From: a virus
Lineage: Duplodnaviria > Caudoviricetes
Length of the DNA: 47,345 bases
Strand: one strand, 5' to 3'
Virus record (IMG/VR): IMGVR_UViG_3300023082_000015
Span: 1 to 47,345 of that record
The notes beneath the pieces were generated by a model, which searched no databases, had not been told where the DNA came from, and saw only the letters and a program-made list of their open reading frames with translations. Positions 27,897-35,304 of the stretch are shown piece after piece. Numbering within the stretch: position 1 is the first letter of the stretch; the number at the start of each line of letters is the position of its first letter. Made by a program: the position numbers and the translations under genes.

Positions 27897-28018
27897 CCCT
27901 GCGGGCCGGTAGGACCGGAGCGCCTGGGTAGCCCCTGTCATAGCGGAGTAATTACCCGCCTTGGGCAGATAAGCTCCAGGAGTGCAAACAGAGTTCGATA
28001 CTCTGCGCGGGGAGCACC
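27897..28018 (+). ncRNA. tRNA-like RNA with extended anticodon arm
   Basis: Acceptor CCCTGCG/CGCGGGG; D-like arm CCGGT-agg-ACCGG; ~65-nt middle arm; T arm CAGAG-TTCGATA-CTCTG. Confidence 0.65.
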
Positions 28019-28170
28019 GAAGAAGGCCGAAAGGCAGAACTAAAACGGGGCGACTCAGCGCGCCCACCTTGAACACGACCGACCTGACGCGCAGGGTAAT
28101 CAGGCTCAAGGGGACTTCGGTGGCAGCCAAACAACCAGCGCCAAGGACCAGGGGCCGCACATGCGGCGAG

Positions 28171-28291
28171 TTGCACCAGATGTACCTGCTCAGTACCTCA
28201 GACGGTCAGAGGGCCTGCTCGTATCGTGATGACGTTACGTCCGGGAAGTCGGTGGTTCGAGTCCATCCACGAGCAGGTACATCTGGTGCAA
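28171..28291 (+). ncRNA. tRNA-like RNA enclosed by a 21-bp perfect inverted repeat
   Basis: IR 28171-28191/28271-28291; TA then CCTC-agacggtca-GAGG D arm; GGTGG-TTCGAGT-CCATC T arm; enlarged anticodon arm. Confidence 0.7.
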
Positions 28292-28389
28292 TTGGATTTC
28301 TCCGGTAGGTGGGACTCCTAGATAATCGCGGACCTTCGCGGCAAGGCATGAGCCAATTGCACCAACCCACACCCTGCTGCTCCAGACCT

Positions 28390-28414
28390 TGACCCGCTTC
28401 GGCGGGTTCTTTTT
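28390..28414 (+). terminator. Intrinsic terminator closing the ncRNA cluster
   Basis: gacccgc-ttcg-gcgggtt followed by CTTTTT. Confidence 0.85.
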
Positions 28415-28422
28415 GAAGCACA

Positions 28423-28452
28423 GTTGACACACGCGACATCTTGCACCACACT
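28423..28452 (+). promoter_or_regulatory. Promoter with operator
   Basis: TTGACA-N17-CACACT; GTTGAC-acacgc-GACATC. Confidence 0.6.
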
Positions 28453-28484
28453 GCGACCACAACCACGAACTGGAGCAACAGCAG

Positions 28485-28958
28485 ATGAAAGTTACCCGTG
28501 AACAACTCCTGGCATCAGGTTACACCGAAGAACAGGTGCGAGTGGCCCAAGGCGTACCGTCCGAGCCCGGCATCGCCGAAGGCCATAGCTACTGGGCGCA
28601 GTCTGCCGTAGCCAAGGGCAAACAAGTCGAACGCCTTGAGGACACCCTGGCCACCGCACACCGCCACCTCAGCATTTACCGTTGGGTCGCTATCGTCGGC
28701 TGGCTCATCGTTATCTGCCTGCTCACCCTGCAGCCGACATACGCCAGCGCCGCAACGCTCCCGGTGGGCAGCCTCGCCTGTGATAACGCCTTGGCATACG
28801 AGGCGCAGATGCTCACGTTCAGCGATGCCACGCTGATCGCCGATCCAGGCTGCGTATTCACCGACCGCGACCTGGTGGTGCATCCGGTCCAGGGCAACGA
28901 GGTGTTCGTCGAGGAACTCGGGTTCAGCGTTTGGGCTGACGTGGAGGTGCTGCAATGA
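28485..28958 (+). CDS. Membrane-anchored hypothetical protein
   Basis: Central TM (WVAIVGWLIVICLLTL) followed by ASA and a 2-Cys domain. Confidence 0.7.
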   Translation: MKVTREQLLASGYTEEQVRVAQGVPSEPGIAEGHSYWAQSAVAKGKQVERLEDTLATAHRHLSIYRWVAIVGWLIVICLLTLQPTYASAATLPVGSLACDNALAYEAQMLTFSDATLIADPGCVFTDRDLVVHPVQGNEVFVEELGFSVWADVEVLQ

Positions 28959-29491
28959 AAGTTCTGACCCACAACGAGGCCCAGGCACGTGCGTTAGTCA
29001 AAGCGTTTCATGCCCGCGAGCAGTTCACGCTCATTGGCGCGGGTATGACAGCGTTTTTCGTAGCGGAGACTTTGAACAACGAACCGTGTGCTTTCGGGTC
29101 GGATGCACGGGAGTTAAGCCTGGAGCTGACGCAAATCAGCTATCCGAGTGACAGCACAAAATGGGACGGCGAAGGGCTGCCACCTGTTGGCCTTGAAGTC
29201 TTTCTGCGCGGAACTAACGGCCATAAGCGATTCAAAAAGCATCTGAATAAAAACGTTCGTATTGTCGCGCATTCAACCGGTTCAGATGGAGCCGCGACCG
29301 CGGTTTATCAGGTCGGTGAAGGGGTGAAAGCGGAGTACCACGCATTGATCGCGGGGTGGTTTGGGCCTAAGCGTACGCCAGAAGAACTTGCGGTTGAAAC
29401 GACCCTTGCTGATATCGAAGAACTTTACACAGAAGGCGGGCCAGCTGCCGTATTCGACGCCGGCTACCGCAAATTCGAAGGTGAAGCATGA
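28955..29491 (+). CDS. Hypothetical protein
   Basis: WDGEGLPPVG..RTPE..DAGYRK phage motif. Confidence 0.7.
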   Translation: MKVLTHNEAQARALVKAFHAREQFTLIGAGMTAFFVAETLNNEPCAFGSDARELSLELTQISYPSDSTKWDGEGLPPVGLEVFLRGTNGHKRFKKHLNKNVRIVAHSTGSDGAATAVYQVGEGVKAEYHALIAGWFGPKRTPEELAVETTLADIEELYTEGGPAAVFDAGYRKFEGEA

Positions 29492-29706
29492 GCACCAAAC
29501 AGATCTACCTCCTGGTGCAGCTGGCCAACCTGCACGGTACGGAACGCATGGTAGTCCGCGCAGCCTGCGAGACGTGCGCCCGATCAGTGGCAGCCGGTGA
29601 GGCTGGAGCAGAGGGCCCCGCAGTGTGGCGTGACCCCGAGCGGTCCACCTGCAAGCGGGTAAACGAAGATGGCAAAAGCGGCGTTGTGCTGCGTAGTGAG
29701 GGTTGA
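29488..29706 (+). CDS. Hypothetical protein
   Basis: ATGA coupling. Confidence 0.6.
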   Translation: MSTKQIYLLVQLANLHGTERMVVRAACETCARSVAAGEAGAEGPAVWRDPERSTCKRVNEDGKSGVVLRSEG

Positions 29707-29710
29707 ACGG

Positions 29711-29878
29711 ATGGACTATCGAGCACTGCTGATTAAATTCCTGGCGCACGTAACGGACTGTGAGGGCATCGACTTCACCGACCGGCTCAACGACTACGCC
29801 AGCGACCAGAAATTCACGGAATACGAGACTTCAGAACTGCAGCGTCTGTCGCAATTGGCGCAGGAGCTACGCGGATGA
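29711..29878 (+). CDS. Hypothetical protein
   Basis: GAGG RBS. Confidence 0.55.
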   Translation: MDYRALLIKFLAHVTDCEGIDFTDRLNDYASDQKFTEYETSELQRLSQLAQELRG

Positions 29879-30093
29879 CCAGCAAACGCGACCCCAACAA
29901 GATTTACCTCAGCTTCGTGCGCGAGGGCGACGCCTTCAGCATTCAGGACCAGGACGGCCGTAAGGTTGCCGGGTTGAAGGGTGCGGAGTTGAAGTTTCAG
30001 CACGACGAACTGGCCGAGATTCACATGCGGGTGCTCGATTGCACCGTGGCGCATGACGAAAAAACTTGGCACCTCGGGCGGGCCCGGCCATGA
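29875..30093 (+). CDS. Hypothetical protein
   Basis: ATGA coupling. Confidence 0.6.
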   Translation: MTSKRDPNKIYLSFVREGDAFSIQDQDGRKVAGLKGAELKFQHDELAEIHMRVLDCTVAHDEKTWHLGRARP

Positions 30094-30617
30094 AAACCAA
30101 CGACGAATACACCGGCGGCAGCACCACGTACTACCAGGTCGACATCACGCACCCGATCAACGAGCAGGCGCAGCCGTACACCGCCGAGTGCCAGGACATC
30201 ATCGACGCCCTGGGTATGACGTTCAACGAGGGCAACGCGTTTAAAGCATTGTGGCGCCGTTGCGCAGCCCGCACGCTCGGCAAGTCGAAGCGCGGCTACA
30301 CCGACGGCATGTACGACGCTGAGAAAGTGGTGTTCTACGGGGATCGCCTGGTGCAGCTGGAGCAGTTGCAGCGTAAGGCGGACGGGGTAGAGCAAGCCAC
30401 ATTGCCGCTGAAAGGTCAGGTCCCGGCCTGGACCAATCATTCCGGATCGTGGAGAACAACTCGGGAAATGCCAGCAGTCGGAGCCGTAGTTGAGATACAG
30501 CACCGCGATGGGACTATTTCAGGACCCGAGCAAATCACACCGGACGGAGATTTCTGGCTATGGGCTGACCAGACGGAGGTCCTGCCCACAGATATCGTGG
30601 CATACCGCATTCTGTGA
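30090..30617 (+). CDS. DUF3310-like (T7 gp1.7-type nucleotide kinase family) protein
   Basis: GGSTTYY..ECQDIIDALGMTFNEGNAFKALWR..DAEK..FY. Confidence 0.6.
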   Translation: MKTNDEYTGGSTTYYQVDITHPINEQAQPYTAECQDIIDALGMTFNEGNAFKALWRRCAARTLGKSKRGYTDGMYDAEKVVFYGDRLVQLEQLQRKADGVEQATLPLKGQVPAWTNHSGSWRTTREMPAVGAVVEIQHRDGTISGPEQITPDGDFWLWADQTEVLPTDIVAYRIL

Positions 30618-30698
30618 CCGTCACATCAACACATCGCAACACAGAAACCCGGTCACGCTTTCTCTGGTGCCGGGTTTCTTCCTTTCGTCGGATTTATA

Positions 30699-30728
30699 GT
30701 TGACACGAATGTCACCTACTCGCATAAT
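30699..30728 (+). promoter_or_regulatory. Strong promoter with operator
   Basis: TTGACA-N17-CATAAT; GTTGAC-acgaat-GTCACC; preceded by a terminator-like hairpin at 30645-30680. Confidence 0.75.
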
Positions 30729-30755
30729 TAATTCACCAACCAAGGAATCGCAGAC

Positions 30756-30929
30756 ATGAAATATCTTGCCCAAGTCAACATCCAGAACAAAGGCGGGTGC
30801 TACCGTTTTAATTCGGACAGCCTTGACGAAATTCGTAACTGGGCAAAACACGTGGGCAAACCAGGCGACGTCTTGCTTATTCAGCCAAACGGCAAAAACG
30901 GTACCTACTCTCGTTCTTTCACCCTTTAG
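30756..30929 (+). CDS. Solitary 57-aa orphan protein (not in ORF track)
   Basis: AAGGA RBS; MKYLAQVNIQNKGGCYRFNSDSLDEIRNWAKHVGKPGDVLLIQPNGKNGTYSRSFTL. Confidence 0.7.
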   Translation: MKYLAQVNIQNKGGCYRFNSDSLDEIRNWAKHVGKPGDVLLIQPNGKNGTYSRSFTL

Positions 30930-31840
30930 ACTTTTTGAGCAGGTGGGGGATTTTTGGCAAGCATCGCTTTAGCCCGATCGATGATGCCCGGGGTCAGAGG
31001 GTTACCCTTTTCGTCAACCAAAATAGAAACCGTGGAACATTTGCAATTGTACCGGTTTCCCCCGCTGTCCCACCATTCTCGCTGTTCTTGAGTCGTGTAA
31101 AGGTGTGCATGTCGGGCTCGATGATGGGGGCGAGTAACTGGGCTGAGTGCGGACATATGCATCTCTTTAGTGAGAATCCCCAGATCGGTTTTAGCTTGAT
31201 CAGCCTCTGCCATTCGTGCAGCTCTGAGGGCACCGGGAATCTCGGTCCGGGCGATACGTAAAGCTTTTCGAGACTCAATACCTGTTTGCTCAGTCAGCTG
31301 CCGGGCAACGTCCCTAACCCCTTTGCCGGCTGCAAGACCGTCTGAAAGAATTTGGCTCATATTTGTACGGACGCCGGCAGTGAAACCCTGCAAAGAACCC
31401 TGCAATCTGAGTTTCAAGAAAGCCAAACGAGTCTGATACGGTCGAGACGTTAACAGTGCGTCTAAGGTCGGCCGGGAGGCTGCGTACGCGGTAGACTGCA
31501 CCGAAAGATTAGCCAGTTGTTGAGCCGTCCCCTGCTGGTATGCAGGTTGCACGTAAGCCTCTGTGAACCACAGGTCACGGCCGTCGTACTCCAGCAGGAT
31601 GCGGTCCACCTGCGCACCCACGTCGTCGAGCTGCATCTGCAGCATCTCGGGCGTGAGCTGATACTGGTAGACCTCGGCGTTGACCGTTACCACGTTGTAC
31701 GGGATGCGCCCCAAGAGGCCGATGTACAGCGCCCGGACCTTGGCGAGCCGCCGATCGAAGTCGTTGATGGCGCCACGTTCCCGCCGGTCCTGGCCCGTCG
31801 GGTCGTGCGGGTTGCTCGGCAGAATCGCTTGAGCGGCCAT
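30926..31840 (-). CDS. Head morphogenesis protein (Mu gpF/SPP1 gp7-like)
   Basis: RIARTE, TRPHH..RH, NCKCS; follows portal. Confidence 0.85.
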   Translation of the reverse strand: MAAQAILPSNPHDPTGQDRRERGAINDFDRRLAKVRALYIGLLGRIPYNVVTVNAEVYQYQLTPEMLQMQLDDVGAQVDRILLEYDGRDLWFTEAYVQPAYQQGTAQQLANLSVQSTAYAASRPTLDALLTSRPYQTRLAFLKLRLQGSLQGFTAGVRTNMSQILSDGLAAGKGVRDVARQLTEQTGIESRKALRIARTEIPGALRAARMAEADQAKTDLGILTKEMHMSALSPVTRPHHRARHAHLYTTQEQREWWDSGGNRYNCKCSTVSILVDEKGNPLTPGIIDRAKAMLAKNPPPAQKV

Positions 31841-33231
31841 TACTCGGTCACCTGCGGCGGTTGTTGCGCCAGCAGTTCCTCGTCAGTCGGTGCAACGTCC
31901 GGCAGCGGCTCGGGCATGTCTTCCACCTCAAAACCGGCAGTCGTGACGATCTGCTCAGGGCTGAAGTACTTGTCGCCGGTGGAGTTGCCCAGGTTGTTCG
32001 TCTCGGCCATCAGTTTCGCGTTGGCCAGCCGTTCGCTGAGGGTAGCCTCGCCCAGGTCATCCCACACGCAAGTGATTTCCGGGTCGGTGCCGCTGAGCGG
32101 AGTGTCGAGCAGGCGGTACTTCGACAGGTGGGCCACGAAGCCCTCGATGTCATCGCTCAGCTCGTTGACGCGGCGCCCCTGGCCCCGTTTGTTGAAGTCC
32201 TTGATGTCTTCCGTGGAAGCACGTTCACCGGTCTGCATGCCGACCACGATTTTCACCGGAATCTGCACGCTGGCACAGGCGGACTGGAGCGCCACATTGA
32301 ACGGCTTCTCGGGATCGGGAACCGTGGCTACCAGTGGCGTAACCGTGGCGCCCTGCATGCCGAGAACGGTGTCCTGGCCGCGGTTCATGCCCTTGGCGAT
32401 GTCGTCGAACGCCGTGTGCAACTCGCTGAGCGGCACGCCATACATCCGGGCTACCTGGTCCATCTGCGTATCTTTCTCGAAGTTGATCGCCAGTTGACGG
32501 GAGGCGTTTTTGAGGAACGATTCACCGGCGCCGCCGACCACCTTCTCGATCGTCACGAAGTCGTTGTACCCGGCCTTCAGTAGAGGTACGCCGGTACGGT
32601 AGTCGCCCACGATGAACACGCGTGACGGGTGAATCTGCATGGCGCGGCCAGGGTCTAGGCTGTCGTTCTCCTTGACCTGCGCCTCATTGAACGACCACAT
32701 GGATGGTTCGCCATACGTCGGGCTCGTGGGCTCAGTGTCCCATGCGGCAGGTTCGAGCTGGCCTTCCCACGCTGGAATCAGCTTCACCAGCACGCCAACC
32801 TTGGCTTTCAGCGGCTGGTCCCAGGCGAGCCCGTCCGCCACTTGCAATAGGATGCCGGAGTAGTGGCCCACCAGGCGCATGCGGTCCGCTTCTTTGAAGT
32901 GCTTCCACGCTTTCAGCTTCTTGAACTGCTTAGCGATCGACTTTTCCCACGGCGTCTGCGTGGTGTTCTCGTCGGCCTTGTCGCCCTGGATAACCTCGGG
33001 CATGGTCTCCCAGCACTTGTCGAGCAGGCGGTGCACGACACCGTGGGCCACACCGTGACGCTCGTACATGCGGTACAGGTCGTTGAACACCAGGTCATTA
33101 GGGAACCCGTACTCGCACCAGGCACCCGGGCGTTTGGCGTCGTTGCCACCCAGGGACAGGGCGTTACGTGAAGCGATGATTTGCCGCTGCGTCAGTTCGT
33201 TGACGGCCAGCTCAAGGGGCGTAGGCTGCAT
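31840..33231 (-). CDS. Portal protein (DUF1073-like)
   Basis: W.EYGFP, IHPSRV, GAGESFLKNASRQL, G.QTGERASTED; GGAG RBS before ATG 33231. Confidence 0.88.
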   Translation of the reverse strand: MQPTPLELAVNELTQRQIIASRNALSLGGNDAKRPGAWCEYGFPNDLVFNDLYRMYERHGVAHGVVHRLLDKCWETMPEVIQGDKADENTTQTPWEKSIAKQFKKLKAWKHFKEADRMRLVGHYSGILLQVADGLAWDQPLKAKVGVLVKLIPAWEGQLEPAAWDTEPTSPTYGEPSMWSFNEAQVKENDSLDPGRAMQIHPSRVFIVGDYRTGVPLLKAGYNDFVTIEKVVGGAGESFLKNASRQLAINFEKDTQMDQVARMYGVPLSELHTAFDDIAKGMNRGQDTVLGMQGATVTPLVATVPDPEKPFNVALQSACASVQIPVKIVVGMQTGERASTEDIKDFNKRGQGRRVNELSDDIEGFVAHLSKYRLLDTPLSGTDPEITCVWDDLGEATLSERLANAKLMAETNNLGNSTGDKYFSPEQIVTTAGFEVEDMPEPLPDVAPTDEELLAQQPPQVTE

Positions 33232-33326
33232 GTGAGTCGCTCCGGGGCGATTGGGTAATGCTGGACAGGATACACGCACGGTTGACACAGTGGGTAGTTA
33301 CGGGAGTTGACACAAGTGATACACTA

Positions 33327-33530
33327 GCGGGGCAAGCTGCGGCAGATGGCTTAATGATGCGCCCATCCGGGCTGCGGCCACTGTTCTGCGAAACCGAGTC
33401 TGGCCCCGGGTGCCGGGACAAGTCCTCCGTAAGTCGATACCTGTGCGGCAAGGTTGACCGAAAGGTGATAACACCGGGCAGGGGCGCGCAGCAGAAGGGG
33501 AAAACCGGCCAGCTTGCAACACCCGCACCA
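33327..33530 (+). ncRNA. Structured RNA / leader ending in ACCA
   Basis: GCGGG/CCCGC and GCAAGCTG/CAGCTTGC closing stem; inner stems GATGG/CCATC and GCTGC/GCAGC; ACC-GAAA-GGT tetraloop. Confidence 0.55.
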
Positions 33531-33570
33531 TCTGGCGCATCCTATGCCCTATTTCCACGAGGGCTTAGGC

Positions 33571-34851
33571 ATGCGCCGCACATCTCGCACTCTGCAGGTT
33601 AACCACGCACCCGGCGCAGAGCCGATCCGCGTGAACCTGCGCACTATCGTCAACAATGCCGACATCCGCACCGTCAACGAAGACGGCCGCGAGTACCTGG
33701 TGATCCCGTCGTACACGCTGCCCGATAACGTGGTGATGAACGGCGGCCTGTACCCGAAAGCCGAGATTGACGCCAGTTACCTCAGCCTTGAGGACACCCC
33801 GGCGCCCGTGGGCCACCCGATGGCGAACGGCAAGTATATTTCCGCATTCCACCCCAAGGCCACGAACGCCTACTACGCCGGTGCCTACAACCGCAACGTG
33901 CGGCGCGAGGGTAACCGGGTGTACCTGGAGAAGTGGGTGGACACCGAGTTCGCCAAGAACAGCATTCGCGGCCGTGAGCTGCTCGACGCCGTGGCAGCCA
34001 AGCAACCGATCCACACCAGTACCGGCATCATGCTGGAGCGTGAGCCCGCCACCAACGGCGACGGTTACGACTGGATCGCGCGCAACATGAAGTTCGACCA
34101 CGACGCCATCCTGATCAACGAGACCGGCGCGGCCACCCCGGAGCAGGGCGTGGGCCTGATGGTCAACGTTGCCGACGCCAAGCCGATCACCGTGAACGAC
34201 GATGTGCTCAGTGACGACAGCTACGAGGCCAAACGCGACGCACTGAGCCAGGCGCTGCAAACGAAGTATGGCACCGTCGACAAGTGGGCCTACGCGGAGG
34301 ACTTCGACGCGGTCAACGTGGTGTACTGCGTCGAGGGCGACTACTTCAGCACCGGCTACAGCTACATCGACGGCAAGGTGACGCTGTCGGAACAGTCGGC
34401 ACCGGTGGAACGCAAGGTTGAATTCAGTTTGAAGGCCACTGTCAATAAGATTTTGACGATGTTCCGCAGTGGTGTAACATCCAAACCCGTTAACACACTA
34501 AATACTGAGGCGCTCGATATGACACCCGAAGAACTGAAGGCGGCACTCGACGCCCAGTTGGCAGCACTGAACGCGGCTAACACCGCTGCCCTGGCTCCGT
34601 TGACCGAACAAATCACCGCGCTCCAGGCGGCCAATGCCGAACTGAAAACCGCGCTGACTGCGAACACCAACGCTCAAGAAACTGAGATGCGCGGTGTTGT
34701 TACCGAGCACCTGGGCGAAGTGGTTGCCAACGCACTGAGCGGCGATGCGCTGAAAGCTGCGTTCGTGAAGTTCCAGCCGGCGGCCCCGATCCTGGGTGGC
34801 TTGCCTGTCATCAACAAGCAAGACAACCTTGCTGACACCCTGCCGGAGTAA
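33571..34851 (+). CDS. Prohead protease/scaffold (DUF2213-like)
   Basis: TLPDNVVMNGGLYP, APVGHP, IHTSTG, FDHDAIL..GAATPEQGVG; helical C-terminus. Confidence 0.85.
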   Translation: MRRTSRTLQVNHAPGAEPIRVNLRTIVNNADIRTVNEDGREYLVIPSYTLPDNVVMNGGLYPKAEIDASYLSLEDTPAPVGHPMANGKYISAFHPKATNAYYAGAYNRNVRREGNRVYLEKWVDTEFAKNSIRGRELLDAVAAKQPIHTSTGIMLEREPATNGDGYDWIARNMKFDHDAILINETGAATPEQGVGLMVNVADAKPITVNDDVLSDDSYEAKRDALSQALQTKYGTVDKWAYAEDFDAVNVVYCVEGDYFSTGYSYIDGKVTLSEQSAPVERKVEFSLKATVNKILTMFRSGVTSKPVNTLNTEALDMTPEELKAALDAQLAALNAANTAALAPLTEQITALQAANAELKTALTANTNAQETEMRGVVTEHLGEVVANALSGDALKAAFVKFQPAAPILGGLPVINKQDNLADTLPE

Positions 34852-34857
34852 CCGACC

Positions 34858-35292
34858 ATGTCTGCGCACAACAAAATTTACCTCGGCCCTGTTCAGCACA
34901 TTAACCCTGTGCAGTCCGAGCGCCTGTCGTCCGTTGCTGTCAAGTCGGGTTTCCTGGCTCTGATCACCGGCGCAGCACCTGGCAAGTTCAAGCCGCACGA
35001 TGCGGCCGGCGGCGCCGTCGGTTTCGCCTACGTGATCAAGGAGCCGATCCTGGGCCCGGTGGACTACACGTACCTGCTGACCGAAACCGCTTTCGGGTAC
35101 CAGCCGCACTCCGGCGAGTACTACCAAATGCGCGCGGTGGCCGGCACCTACGCTTTCGATTCGGCCCTCACCTCGAACGGTGACGGTCAACTGAAAGCCG
35201 CCAACGGCACCACCGACATCGTGGTCTGCTACTCCGATGAAACCGTTACAACCACTGCGGGTGCTCCATTTATCCGCGTCAAGTTCAAGTAA
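34858..35292 (+). CDS. Capsid decoration/cement protein
   Basis: Between scaffold and MCP; LTSNGDGQLKAA motif. Confidence 0.7.
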   Translation: MSAHNKIYLGPVQHINPVQSERLSSVAVKSGFLALITGAAPGKFKPHDAAGGAVGFAYVIKEPILGPVDYTYLLTETAFGYQPHSGEYYQMRAVAGTYAFDSALTSNGDGQLKAANGTTDIVVCYSDETVTTTAGAPFIRVKFK

Positions 35293-35304
35293 GGAGCGCC
35301 GAAA

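Noticed and set aside
28017-28045. Hammerhead-like GGCCGAAAGGC..GAAC
   Set aside because: Lacks the CUGANGA and GAAA catalytic core; probably just a GAAA hairpin.
27897-28291. Canonical tRNA genes or an attP site
   Set aside because: No normal anticodon loop can be assigned, and no integrase is present.
28171-28291. Retron a1/a2 inverted repeats or transposon ends
   Set aside because: No reverse transcriptase or transposase ORF was recognised, and the interior is tRNA-like.
27828-28505. Short ORFs across the ncRNA region
   Set aside because: No convincing RBS and atypical composition; RNA structure explains the region better.
31517-32583. Long plus-strand ORFs (326 and 240 aa)
   Set aside because: Antisense to portal and MuF, which carry clear motifs.
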